Shown one piece after another: positions 43,584 to 53,321 of a stretch of DNA of 64,000 nt. Each line of letters opens with the position of its first letter. Position 1 is the first letter of the stretch. The notes below the pieces were generated by a model, which was not told the origin of the DNA, searched no databases, and saw only the letters and a program-made list of their open reading frames with translations. The stretch covers positions 3,168,001 to 3,232,000 of the forward strand of contig OZ244922.1 of assembly GCA_965221905.1 (NCBI GenBank), given 5' to 3'. The stretch is from Chloroflexota bacterium. GTDB lineage: Bacteria > Chloroflexota > UBA11872 > VXOZ01. The translations under genes and the position numbers were made by a program.

Positions 43584-45098
43584 ATGAATCGCCCGGTAGG
43601 CATTGAGACCGAGTATGGCATGCTCTGCGCCAGCAGCACGCAAGCAGTGGACTTTGCCTATGAAGCAGCCATGCTCGTGCGCAGCGCGCCGCTGGAAGAA
43701 TGCTTTCGCGGCTGGGACTACACTGCCGAGGACCCGCGCTTAGACCTGCGTGGGTCACGCGTCGACCGCCTCGACCAAGACCCACACGACCTGCGCGACA
43801 GCAACGCTAAGAGCAAGCAACTCTCCCGACAGGAACTCCTTGCCGACACCGTGCTTGCCAACGGCGCGCGCTTCTACAACGACCACAACCATCCCGAGTA
43901 CTGCACGGACGCCTGTCTTTCGCTCCACGACCTCGTTGCCCAGGACAAGGCCGGTGAACGCGTGGTCTTTCGTGCCCAGCAGGCGCGGAACGCCGCCATC
44001 GGGAATGACTCGCACGTGCGCCTTGTGAAGAACAACTCCGACTACCACGGGCGCAGCTACGGCTGCCACGAGAACTATCTGGTGAAGCGCGCCGTGCCAT
44101 TGAATTACCTGGTTGCGGCCTGCATTCCCTTCTTCGTCACCCGTCAGATCTACGCGGGCGCGGGCAAAGCAGCGATTGAGTCGGCAGCTGGCCGCGCGGG
44201 CGGCTTTCAAATTAGCCAGCGGGCAGACTTCTTCGAAACCGAAGTCGGCATCAACACTACGACCAAGCGTCCGATTTTCAATACGCGCGATGAGCCCCAT
44301 GCCGATCCGCAGAAATACCGCCGCTTGCACGTCATCATCGGCGATGCCAATTGCTCTGAGTACGCCACGGCACTCCGCGTGGGAACCACGGCCCTAATGC
44401 TCGATCTGGTAGAAGAGGGTCTTGCGCCTCGTCTGCAACTCCGGCATCCGGTGCAAGCGCTCCAGACCGTCTCTCGCGACCTCGAACTGAAGCAACCCCT
44501 CGCGTTGGCTGACGGCACGACTATGCGCGCCATTGACATCCAACGCCACTACTGGGAAGCCGCGCAGCGCTACCGAGAGAGGGACGCCGAGACAACTTGG
44601 GTGCTCGACGAGTGGGGCGCCGTGCTCGACCTGCTCGAAGCGAACCCAACCCAACTGCGCGACCGTCTCGACTGGGTGGCAAAGCTGGCGCTTTTCGCTC
44701 AAGTCAGCGGCGGCACGAGTATCGATTGGGAAGACCCGGCGGTGCTCAGGCTCGATTTGGCCTACCATCTCATCGATCCCGACTTAAGTCTCTATCATAT
44801 GCTGACGCGCGCCGGTCGGATGCGGCGTGTCGTGACGGATGCGGCCGTTGCACAGGCGGAAACAACGGCCCCTGCAGGCACGCGCGCAGGTGTACGCGCC
44901 GCTTGCCTTGCCAAGTTTGCCGAGCACATTACGGAAATGGAATGGGGATCGATTACGTTTCAACACAATGGATCAGCTTTCACTCTGCCGCTCCCCGAAT
45001 TGTGGGGAGCATCTGTCGATAGCCAACAACAGATGCTCGATTCTTGTCAATCTATCGAGGAGCTCCGCCAAGCAGTGCGCCAAGGAGGTGACACGTGA
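43584..45098 (+). CDS. dop: Dop-type deamidase/depupylase (PafA/Dop family)
   Basis: GIETEYG, Dop loop WDYTAEDPRLDLRG, NGARFYNDHNHPEY, KNNSD..GRSYGCHENY, NTRDEPHAD, RRLHVIIGD. Confidence 0.9.
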   Translation: MNRPVGIETEYGMLCASSTQAVDFAYEAAMLVRSAPLEECFRGWDYTAEDPRLDLRGSRVDRLDQDPHDLRDSNAKSKQLSRQELLADTVLANGARFYNDHNHPEYCTDACLSLHDLVAQDKAGERVVFRAQQARNAAIGNDSHVRLVKNNSDYHGRSYGCHENYLVKRAVPLNYLVAACIPFFVTRQIYAGAGKAAIESAAGRAGGFQISQRADFFETEVGINTTTKRPIFNTRDEPHADPQKYRRLHVIIGDANCSEYATALRVGTTALMLDLVEEGLAPRLQLRHPVQALQTVSRDLELKQPLALADGTTMRAIDIQRHYWEAAQRYRERDAETTWVLDEWGAVLDLLEANPTQLRDRLDWVAKLALFAQVSGGTSIDWEDPAVLRLDLAYHLIDPDLSLYHMLTRAGRMRRVVTDAAVAQAETTAPAGTRAGVRAACLAKFAEHITEMEWGSITFQHNGSAFTLPLPELWGASVDSQQQMLDSCQSIEELRQAVRQGGDT

Positions 45099-45319
45099 CC
45101 TGGTATGCTGGAGACAAGCCGCAGACGGAATGTCCCTCCCGCAAAGCGCGGGTAGACTCCGAGCGGCAAAGCTTCCGTCCCGCTGTGGCGGGTACCGAGG
45201 TGCCCACGGAAACGCCTACGAAGGCTCCGGAGAAGACCGAAACCGACGATCTTGACGAAGAAATCAAGCGCATTATTCGCGAGGTGCCCGATCCCACACC
45301 TCAGCCCGGCGGAGAGTAG
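45095..45319 (+). CDS. Prokaryotic ubiquitin-like modifier candidate (Pup/UBact analogue) ending in GGE
   Basis: 74 aa, P/T/E-rich, ends DDLDEEIKRIIREVPDPTPQPGGE; RBS AAGGAGGT at 45082-45089; GTGA overlap with the dop stop. Confidence 0.85.
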   Translation: MTWYAGDKPQTECPSRKARVDSERQSFRPAVAGTEVPTETPTKAPEKTETDDLDEEIKRIIREVPDPTPQPGGE

Positions 45320-45797
45320 CTAAGACCCATTCAGTTGCGCACAATAGACGCACACCACAGAGTCGTCGTAGCCCTTTATATAGTTTGCCCCTCATGAATC
45401 CTGCAGAAATGGCTTACGGGACGAGTGATCGGCCCAGTGGCTTGCGTCCCTGGCCGATACCTGAGTCACAATCCAAGCTTCAAGCCCTATCGCTAAACGT
45501 AATCACCTCATGTATGGCAAAGGATCCGTACCTCTAGCGCTACCACCGAAACCGATACCGTCACAGCGCCGGCACCCACCGCCGTGGCAACAGGCAAGAG
45601 CAGGGCGTCGAAACATCCAATGGAATTGCAGTGCTGGATATTTCGCCGACAGCATGGGAATATGGAACGGCAAGAACTGATGCCCATATATCGGTTGCCT
45701 TAGCCATTAGATAGCGCAGTCACGAGCCGTGACTCCTCAAGTACTAAATTCGAACGTGGCGGGCGGAACGTAAATCTTCACTCCAGCGAAGAACCTA

Positions 45798-45869
45798 CCC
45801 CGTATCGAGTACGGGCAGAAGTCCAGCGGCTGCGGCGAAGATGGATTCCCGCTTTCGCGGTAATGACGG
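45798..45869. repeat. REP-like remnants upstream of pafA
   Basis: ccccgtatcgagtacggg and tggattcccgctttcgcggtaatgacgg. Confidence 0.7.
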
Positions 45870-45954
45870 CGTTGAACGTGTTCTAATTGCAATAGATGCG
45901 AACCGGATTTACGAAACTGTCAACGAATTAGTCAGCTCTTTCAGGATTGCCAGC

Positions 45955-47463
45955 ATGGAAGATGCACTCTTTGGCACCGAAATCGAATACGGCTGTGTGG
46001 GTAGCGTACAACCGGTGCGGGCGGCAGTGTTGGTTAAGGATGCCATCTTTCGCGGGTGCAGGCACGGCCTCATCGATCCCCCGCCTCGCGAGTGGGGCGA
46101 AGTGCCGGGAAACGGCGGCTTTCTCTTCAACGGTGGGCGCATGTACTTAGACCTCGGCCACCTGGAGCACGCCACCGCCGAGTGCCGCACTCTAACGGAT
46201 ATCGTCGCCCACGAGCGGGCCGGTGAGAACATCGTCAATCAAGCCGTCCAAGTTGCCGGACTCAAATCTCAGGCCTACTTCGTCAAGAACAACACAGATT
46301 ACTTCGGCAATACGTATGGCTACCACGAGAATTACTGCATCCGCCAGAGTCCCTATGACAGCGGTCTGGTAGACGGCATGCTCCCGTTTCTCGTCACCCG
46401 CCAAATCTATGCGGGAGCCGGCTGCCTGCTGCCCCGCGGCGATGACACCCCGGCAGCCTTTTCTCTCTCCCAGCGCGCGCAATTCGTGACAATTGACGTT
46501 AGTCACCGGGTACGCTTTGGCGGCAGACCCATCATCAATTTGCGCGACGAGCCGCTTGCGGATCGGCGGTTCCGTCGCCTGCACGTCATCGTCGGCGACG
46601 TGAATCGCTCGGAGTACGCGACCGCGCTGAAAATCGGCTCCACTGCGCTAGTTGCCCAACTGCTGGAGCAAGGGTGGAACCCGCAGCTTATGCTTGCCGA
46701 CCCCGTGCGCGACTTGCGCCGCATTGCCGCAACCACCGGCGGCAAGTGGACCGTAGGCACGGTGGATGATGAGTACATTCCCGCCATCGAGGTGCAACGC
46801 CGCTATTTGCGCGAAGCCGAGCACCGCTTTGCGGGCCGGGACGCGGATACGGAATGGACTCTTGAAAACTGGGCCTGGGTGCTCGACGAACTCGAGCGCG
46901 ATCCGGCGCGCCTCGACGGCTATCTGGACTGGGTGACCAAACATGAGCAGATCAAGCGTTATGCCGGCACCGATAAGGCGTGGACCGACCCGGACTTGGT
47001 GAAGCTCGATCTCTCCTATCACCAAATAGACCCGTCGGTGAGTCTCTTCGATATTCTTGCAAAGCGGCACCGGAACCTCTACTGGGCGGATAGCGACGCC
47101 GTCTACACGGCCGAGGCGCACGCGCCGTCCGATACCCGCGCCCACGGTCGCAGCCTGGCACTGCGCGCGCTTGCCGCCGCCGGCGCGGATACGGCCATCC
47201 CTTGGCAAGATTTGAGAACCAATCTGGAAAACCTCATGTGGGACCGCCGTTTCTTCTTTCTCGCCTACGACTACGTGGACGATTGGCAAGACGTGGCCGC
47301 GAACAATAGCTGGGACGTTATTCCCTACGTGCTGGACTGGAAAGCCATCGCCGCGCACGGCCGGGTGCTGGAAATGCCGAACCCATTCGCTACGTACGAC
47401 GACGAGGCGCAACAGTTTGGGGAAAGCATCCGGCACATCTTCGAGGAAGAGGAAGCAGATTGA
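45955..47463 (+). CDS. pafA: PafA-type Pup/UBact protein ligase
   Basis: GTEIEYG, FLFNGGRMYLDLGHLEHATAEC, KNNTD..GNTYGYHENY, RPIINLRDEP, RRLHVIVGD; no WDY Dop loop. Confidence 0.88.
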   Translation: MEDALFGTEIEYGCVGSVQPVRAAVLVKDAIFRGCRHGLIDPPPREWGEVPGNGGFLFNGGRMYLDLGHLEHATAECRTLTDIVAHERAGENIVNQAVQVAGLKSQAYFVKNNTDYFGNTYGYHENYCIRQSPYDSGLVDGMLPFLVTRQIYAGAGCLLPRGDDTPAAFSLSQRAQFVTIDVSHRVRFGGRPIINLRDEPLADRRFRRLHVIVGDVNRSEYATALKIGSTALVAQLLEQGWNPQLMLADPVRDLRRIAATTGGKWTVGTVDDEYIPAIEVQRRYLREAEHRFAGRDADTEWTLENWAWVLDELERDPARLDGYLDWVTKHEQIKRYAGTDKAWTDPDLVKLDLSYHQIDPSVSLFDILAKRHRNLYWADSDAVYTAEAHAPSDTRAHGRSLALRALAAAGADTAIPWQDLRTNLENLMWDRRFFFLAYDYVDDWQDVAANNSWDVIPYVLDWKAIAAHGRVLEMPNPFATYDDEAQQFGESIRHIFEEEEAD

Positions 47464-47648
47464 CTGTAGTGTTCACTGCGTGTAATACGCGCAATTGCCT
47501 TTCATACTTCGACAGGCTCAGCACGAACAGCATGGTGATTAGCACTATAGTCCGTCGCCTGAGAACGTAGCGCGAGAGCTTGTCCCTTGCTCCGATCTAC
47601 TACCGGAAAGCAATCGTTCCATTACGGCTATTCAGTCTGTCAAACGCG

Positions 47649-47676
47649 GTAGGGGCACGGCATGCCGTGCCCCTAC
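47649..47676. repeat. GTAG-type REP palindrome
   Basis: gtaggggcacggcatgccgtgcccctac. Confidence 0.85.
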
Positions 47677-47708
47677 GTTCATATCAGTGAATGCCTGCCG
47701 CGAGGCGG

Positions 47709-49145
47709 CTACGTCTTCCGCCGCCACAACGTTCCGCTAGCCGAATCCTCCAGCGAAATGCCTAATGCCGCCAACTCATCCCGCACCTTGTCCGCCAGCG
47801 CAAACTGCTTCTCCTGCCGCAGATCGGCCCGCAATTCCACGAGAAGATCGATGAACCCTCCGGCATCGCCGTCACCGGTCGCCATCTCCAACTCCAAGAC
47901 CTCTTGCAGGTCGATGCCCAAGATGTCGGCCAGTGTCACCAGCGTTTCCTGGGCGGCCTGCAGTGTCGAGGGTTGCGCCACGGCTCCCAGGCGGTTGATC
48001 TCGCGCACAAGTTCGTAGAGCTGCCCCATTGCGCCGGCAGAGTTGAAGTCGCTATCCATGGCGGCAAAGAAGCCGGATTCCGCCTGCTGCGTTGCCCGAG
48101 CAAGCTCTGCGTCCGTGCTGGCGACTTCAGCATCCGTGCTGCCGTCACCGCTGCTCTGCACGCGCAAAGCGCCGGTAAAACGCGCCATTCCGGCCCGTGC
48201 CTGCTCAAGACTTTCCGGCGTATACGTGAGGGGCGAACGGTAGTGGACAGAGAGTAGGTAGAGCCGCAGCACCGGGCCGCTGTACTCGTCGAGGATGTCT
48301 TCGATGGTAATGAAGTTGCCGAGCGAATGCGCCATCTTTTGGCCGTTGATGGTAAGCAGGCCGGTGTGCAGCCAATACTTCGTAAACGGACTCTTCCCCG
48401 TGAACGCCTCGCTCTGCGCGATCTCATTCTCATGGTGGGGAAAGATGAGGTCGGCGCCGCCGCCGTGAATATCGATCTGCTCGCCCAGGGTCTCGTAGAT
48501 CATCGTGCTGCACTCGATGTGCCAGCCCGGTCGCCCCTGCCCCCAGGGGCTCTGCCACCAGGGCTCGCCGGGTTTCGCCGGCTTCCACAGGGCAAAGTCG
48601 CGCGGGTCGCGCTTACCCGGATCATCGTCAACGCGCCCCGAGGCCCCCGCCTGGATGCCGCTATCCTCAGTGCGAGTGGAGAGCGCGCCGTACTGCGAAA
48701 AACCGGAAACGGAAAAGTAGACCGCATCGTCGGCTGCGTAGGCAGCCCCCTTCTCGATCAACCCCTCGATCATCGCGATGATCTGCGGCAAAGTCTCCGT
48801 GACCTTGGGAAAGTCGTGCGCCCGCAAGACATTCAGATTTCCCATCACCGCGTCGTAGGCGTCCGTGTATTTCTGCGCCACTACATCGGCCGTAACTCCC
48901 TCACGCTCAGCCGCCGCGATGATCTTATCGTCAACGTCGGTGATATTCTGCACGTGCTGCACCTCGTACCCGCAGTACACAAGGTAGCGCCGGATCATAT
49001 CCATCGCCACAAAAAGGCGGGCATGGCCGACGTGCGGCTCGCGCTTGGGCGTCATGCCGCAGACGTACATCTTGACCTGCTTGCCGTCCAGGGCTGTGAA
49101 CGGCTCTCTTCGGCTGCCGAGCGTATTGGAAATGCTAAGCGTCAC
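47709..49145 (-). CDS. cysS: Cysteine-tRNA ligase
   Basis: [42 protein letters not shown]; GTG start overlapping the end of cysE. Confidence 0.96.
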   Translation of the reverse strand: MTLSISNTLGSRREPFTALDGKQVKMYVCGMTPKREPHVGHARLFVAMDMIRRYLVYCGYEVQHVQNITDVDDKIIAAAEREGVTADVVAQKYTDAYDAVMGNLNVLRAHDFPKVTETLPQIIAMIEGLIEKGAAYAADDAVYFSVSGFSQYGALSTRTEDSGIQAGASGRVDDDPGKRDPRDFALWKPAKPGEPWWQSPWGQGRPGWHIECSTMIYETLGEQIDIHGGGADLIFPHHENEIAQSEAFTGKSPFTKYWLHTGLLTINGQKMAHSLGNFITIEDILDEYSGPVLRLYLLSVHYRSPLTYTPESLEQARAGMARFTGALRVQSSGDGSTDAEVASTDAELARATQQAESGFFAAMDSDFNSAGAMGQLYELVREINRLGAVAQPSTLQAAQETLVTLADILGIDLQEVLELEMATGDGDAGGFIDLLVELRADLRQEKQFALADKVRDELAALGISLEDSASGTLWRRKT

Positions 49146-49824
49146 GGCACCTCTCCAGCGTCTCCTCGTGCTCGGCTGAAGCCCCATCATCCTCGAAGCG
49201 TGCCAGCCGCGCTTCCAGGTCTGCCACGCGTTTCTGCAACGCGTAGAGCGCTTCGGCCATTGGATCGGGCTGCACCACCCGCGCGCTCTCGCCCGTTTGC
49301 GGATCGCGCATGGCCACCACGTGTCCCGGCACGCCCACCACCGTGGCATGCGGCGGCACATCGTTCACAACGACGGCCCCCGCGCCAATAACACAGTCTT
49401 CACCGATCATCACCGGCCCCAAGATTTTCGCTCCCGCGCCTACCACGACGTTATCGCCCAAGGTAGGATGACGCTTGCCGGAATGCAGCGTCTGCGCCCC
49501 CAAAGTCACTCCCTGGTACAGTGTGACGTTTTCGCCGATTTCCGCGGTCTCGCCGATTACGACACCCATGCCGTGGTCGATGAAGAGCCCTGGGCCCAGT
49601 TGGGCCGCCGGGTGAATCTCGATGCCGGTGAGAAAGCGGGCAACGTGGGAGAGAAAGCGCGGAACCACAGGAATGTCCGCTTGCCACAGCGCGTGGGTCA
49701 TGCGATAGAACCAAATCGCGTGCACGCCCGGATAGGCCAAGATGATTTCGATTACGTTGCGCGCGGCAGGATCGCGTTCGAGCGTTACACGTATGTCCTG
49801 CCGCAGCGTATGAAGAATGCTCAT
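49135..49824 (-). CDS. cysE: Serine O-acetyltransferase
   Basis: [33 protein letters not shown]. Confidence 0.96.
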   Translation of the reverse strand: MSILHTLRQDIRVTLERDPAARNVIEIILAYPGVHAIWFYRMTHALWQADIPVVPRFLSHVARFLTGIEIHPAAQLGPGLFIDHGMGVVIGETAEIGENVTLYQGVTLGAQTLHSGKRHPTLGDNVVVGAGAKILGPVMIGEDCVIGAGAVVVNDVPPHATVVGVPGHVVAMRDPQTGESARVVQPDPMAEALYALQKRVADLEARLARFEDDGASAEHEETLERCRDA

Positions 49825-49911
49825 TAGAAATACCCTCGTTACATCACTGCGCTTCTATCGACTAAGATTGCGCGTGGTGAGCTTGTGCTCGCGCGCAATC
49901 ACACAGGGCCC

Positions 49912-50502
49912 CTAGCGGGGCGGAATACACGCGCAGTCTTGCAGCGAGGGATCGTGCATCAGAAGCGCCACAGCGTGCACACCGATGCCGTGACCGGCGC
50001 CGATCGCGTCTAGTCCTTCGGTGGTTGTGGACTTTATGCCTACGGTCACTGCCGCCACTCCAAGCGTTCGGGCAATGTTGGCCTGCATCTTGGGAATAAA
50101 GCCCGCAAGCCGAGGCCTTTGCGCCAGAATTGCACTGTCTACATTTATCACACGCCACTGTCGTTCAGCCAGTAGCTTACGCACACTGCCCAACAATTGC
50201 AAGCTATCGGCGCCCTCGTATCGCGGATCTTCCGCGGGAAACTGGCGTCCGATGTCGGGCAGCCCCGCGGCTCCGAGCAGCGCATCGATGATGGCATGCA
50301 CCAGCACGTCGGCGTCGGAGTGCCCCGCAAGACCTTGATCGTGGGGGACGTGTACACCGCCAAGAATCAGGGGACGGCTAGGAGCAAGGCGGTGAATGTC
50401 GTAGCCGATACCGATGCGAAGCGCGGGGGCCGCGGGTGCTAATGCTGCGGCCTCTCCCTCATCTTGAACGGCAGGCGGCGTATCGGTTTGCGCTGCCTCC
50501 AC
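49912..50502 (-). CDS. ispF: 2-C-methyl-D-erythritol 2,4-cyclodiphosphate synthase
   Basis: RIGIGYDIH, GHSDADV, DIGRQFP, KSTTTE; start inferred. Confidence 0.95.
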   Translation of the reverse strand: MEAAQTDTPPAVQDEGEAAALAPAAPALRIGIGYDIHRLAPSRPLILGGVHVPHDQGLAGHSDADVLVHAIIDALLGAAGLPDIGRQFPAEDPRYEGADSLQLLGSVRKLLAERQWRVINVDSAILAQRPRLAGFIPKMQANIARTLGVAAVTVGIKSTTTEGLDAIGAGHGIGVHAVALLMHDPSLQDCACIPPR

Positions 50503-51224
50503 TACGCGCCTCCATCGCTGCGCTGCGTGCGCACACTTCTGTGCGCACGCCATTGAGCGAATGCCAAGTCCGTTGGCGTGGTGATTTTCATATTACCATA
50601 GTCCCCCGGCACGACGTGGACAGGCGCGCCGGTAGCCTCCACCACGGCCGCGTCATCGGTGAACGCGGCGAGGTGCGCATGGTGCTCCTTGTACGCGCAT
50701 TCCAGCAGTGCGCGCGTGAAGACTTGGGGAGTCTGTATGGCGCGCAAGGCGCTGCGCGGTAGCGTCTCGCGTGCAATATCGTTCGTATCAACACGCTTGA
50801 TGGTGTCGGCGCACGGTATCCCAGGCACCGCCGCGCCGTGCTGCCGCGCGGCAGCAAGCAAGCGCGCAATTAGCTCCGGGGTCACGAACGGCCGCGCGGC
50901 GTCGTGCACGGCCACGTAAGCTGCCGGAGTGTCATCCAGCGCCTGGAGACCGTTCGCCACCGAGTGGCTCCGGCTCGTCCCGCCCGCGCAGACTGCATGC
51001 ACTTTACACCAGGAGCGCTTCCGGGCAAGCTCCCGGCAGAATCCGACGCGCTCCTCGGCCACGACGAGTATGATCGTGCTAACCGCCGCTGACGACTCAA
51101 AGACTTCCACCGTGGCGGCAAGCACCGACCGTCCGCCCAGTGGCGCATAGAGCTTGTCGTGGCCCTGCATGCGGCTGCTACTACCGCCACCCACAACAAT
51201 CGCCGCCAAGCTGGTATTCCTCAC
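50502..51224 (-). CDS. ispD: 2-C-methyl-D-erythritol 4-phosphate cytidylyltransferase
   Basis: VHDAARPF, QTPQ, TDDA, NMKITTPTD. Confidence 0.95.
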   Translation of the reverse strand: MRNTSLAAIVVGGGSSSRMQGHDKLYAPLGGRSVLAATVEVFESSAAVSTIILVVAEERVGFCRELARKRSWCKVHAVCAGGTSRSHSVANGLQALDDTPAAYVAVHDAARPFVTPELIARLLAAARQHGAAVPGIPCADTIKRVDTNDIARETLPRSALRAIQTPQVFTRALLECAYKEHHAHLAAFTDDAAVVEATGAPVHVVPGDYGNMKITTPTDLAFAQWRAHRSVRTQRSDGGA

Positions 51225-51479
51225 ACGCGCAGGCCTCCTTCAGGGAGCCTTATAACGCCCGCAAAAGTCCGCTCACAGTGAGCCCACTTGTTCTTAGCAC
51301 GTCGTAGCGTCTAATCATGAACGAACATCCCTTGACCCTTTTGACACGCTCAGAGACTGCCGTGTACTCGATACGAGGGGCGGACGGGATGGAAGTGCTC
51401 GACAGCATCTTTGCAAACACCCTCCTGCAGCGTGTGCGCTTGCTCTGCCGGACTCTCGGCACGGTATCACGTCCACTCC

Positions 51480-52928
51480 TCATTGCCGGCGCACAGCGGC
51501 TTCCTCTGTGCCTTCGCGAGCGCCTCCATCATCGCCCTTGCGGCTCGCTCCCTGCGCTTTTCCCAGGGCGAGACGGATAGACTGTCGCACACTCTCAGCG
51601 CGGGAGAGGTCGAGGCCGTCCTCGCCAAGCGATGCAAGCGCGCCGGTGCGCGGCAAGAGCACCCGGTTGTACCCCCGACGCGCCGCCTCCAGGACTCGTT
51701 CTTCCAACTTAAAGACGCTCCGCAGCTCACCTGCCAACCCGACTTCTCCAATCGAGACCATATCACCCGGCAGAGCGACGTCAACGACGCTGGATGCGAT
51801 TGCCAAACAGACTGCGAGGTCTACGGCGGGTTCGTCCAATTCCAGGCCGCCGACCACGTTCACATAGACGTCCTGGTCGGCCAAGCGTAAGCCCGCGCGC
51901 TTGGTGAGCACCGCAATCAGCATGTGCAGGCGGCTCTGATCGAATCCGTTCGCCATGCGTCGCGGTACCGCCAGCGGACTGTACGTCACCAACGCCTGCA
52001 CCTCGACGAGGAGCGGACGAGAACCCTCGAGCGGCACGGCAATGGCAGACCCCGGTAGTGGTTCCCGCTCTGCCAGAAACGCTGCCGAAGGGTTGGAAAC
52101 TTCCGCCAAGCCCCGCTCCTGCATGGCGAATATGCCCACTTCGTTCGTAGACCCAAAGCGATTCTTCGTGGCTTTCAGAATGCGGTAGTTGTGGTGCTGA
52201 TCTCCGTCCAAGGCCAACACCGTATCTACCATGTGCTCCAGCGTCTTCGGCCCGGCCACAGTGCCCTCCTTGGTCACGTGGCCGACCAAGAAAAGCGTGA
52301 CTCCCGTCTGTTTGGCCAGCGCGACCAACTGGGAAGCGCATTCTCGTACCTGTCCGATACTGCCCGGTACCCCCGATAGCTCCGCGCTAACCAGCGTTTG
52401 AATTGAATCGATGATCACCAGGCCGGGACGCACCTGCGCAATTGCATCCAGGATTCCCTCTAGACCAATCTCGGCGAGGACGTAAAGCTCCTGCGGGTCG
52501 AGACCGAGCCGTGACGCGCGAATGCGGATCTGTGCCGCGCTCTCCTCCCCCGACACATAGAGCACAGGCCGGTCGGCGTGCTCCAACGCTACTGCAAACT
52601 GGAGCAAGAGCGTAGACTTTCCGATTCCGGGGTCGCCGGAGAGCAGCACCGCGCTCCCCGGCACTAAGCCGCCGCCCAAGACGCGATGGAGTTCACCGAT
52701 CGGCACCGGAATGCGGATGAGATCGCTGGCAGGAATGTCTTGGAGTTTCCGCGCTTGCAGAGCGGCGGTGGGCGAGCGCACGCCGGAACGCCTTGCACCC
52801 GCGGCTCCCTCCCTCTGCACATTTTCGACAAAGCTATTCCAGGCCTGGCAAGAGGGGCACTGCCCCGCCCATTTCGGGGACTCTGAACCGCACTGCTGAC
52901 AAACGAAAACGCTCTTAGCCTTACTCAC
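51480..52928 (-). CDS. radA: DNA repair protein RadA/Sms
   Basis: CxxC..CxxC, GDPGIGKST, KNRFG. Confidence 0.97.
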   Translation of the reverse strand: MSKAKSVFVCQQCGSESPKWAGQCPSCQAWNSFVENVQREGAAGARRSGVRSPTAALQARKLQDIPASDLIRIPVPIGELHRVLGGGLVPGSAVLLSGDPGIGKSTLLLQFAVALEHADRPVLYVSGEESAAQIRIRASRLGLDPQELYVLAEIGLEGILDAIAQVRPGLVIIDSIQTLVSAELSGVPGSIGQVRECASQLVALAKQTGVTLFLVGHVTKEGTVAGPKTLEHMVDTVLALDGDQHHNYRILKATKNRFGSTNEVGIFAMQERGLAEVSNPSAAFLAEREPLPGSAIAVPLEGSRPLLVEVQALVTYSPLAVPRRMANGFDQSRLHMLIAVLTKRAGLRLADQDVYVNVVGGLELDEPAVDLAVCLAIASSVVDVALPGDMVSIGEVGLAGELRSVFKLEERVLEAARRGYNRVLLPRTGALASLGEDGLDLSRAESVRQSIRLALGKAQGASRKGDDGGAREGTEEAAVRRQ

Positions 52929-53072
52929 GAGCGACCCTCTCCGTGGCGGTTCTGTCCTGCTCTTATCGAACCTGCGCGTTCCATTCAGGGCCTACACGTG
53001 TATTGTATAGCGAATGCGCTGCCGGCACTCCCAGCGGACACCTTTGCGAAATCCTCGCCGAGGCCAGAGAGA

Positions 53073-53138
53073 CCCCTCTCCAAATGGAGAACTTTGCGAA
53101 ACCCCTTCCACCGTGACGGGGGAAGGCTGGGATGGGAG
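53073..53138. repeat. CCCTCTCCC-family palindromic remnants
   Basis: cccctctccaaatggaga ... ccccttccaccgtgacgggggaaggctgggatggg. Confidence 0.55.
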
Positions 53139-53321
53139 TGCAAGACAGCTTCGCGGCAAGCTATCGCACACAACCCACTCACCTCTGGATACCGGTACGT
53201 GATACAGGGCAGGCATTTCGCCGCAATGACGGCGTTATTCAAAGTCTCCAGCGGTAGAAACGCAAACAGCCCAGCAATTTGCCGGGCCGTTCTTCATCGA
53301 ACATAAATCGAATTCTTCGAT

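Noticed and set aside
45841-45954. N-terminal extension of pafA (MDSRFRGNDG...) in the ORF track
   Set aside because: It is translated REP sequence; family similarity starts at MEDALFGTEIEYG (45955)
49146-49361. Long N-terminal extension of cysS
   Set aside because: Overlaps cysE in another frame; a GTG at 49145 gives a normal CysRS start
51250-51483. 77-aa ORF between radA and ispD, where a PIN/TRAM gene often sits
   Set aside because: No recognisable similarity and atypical composition
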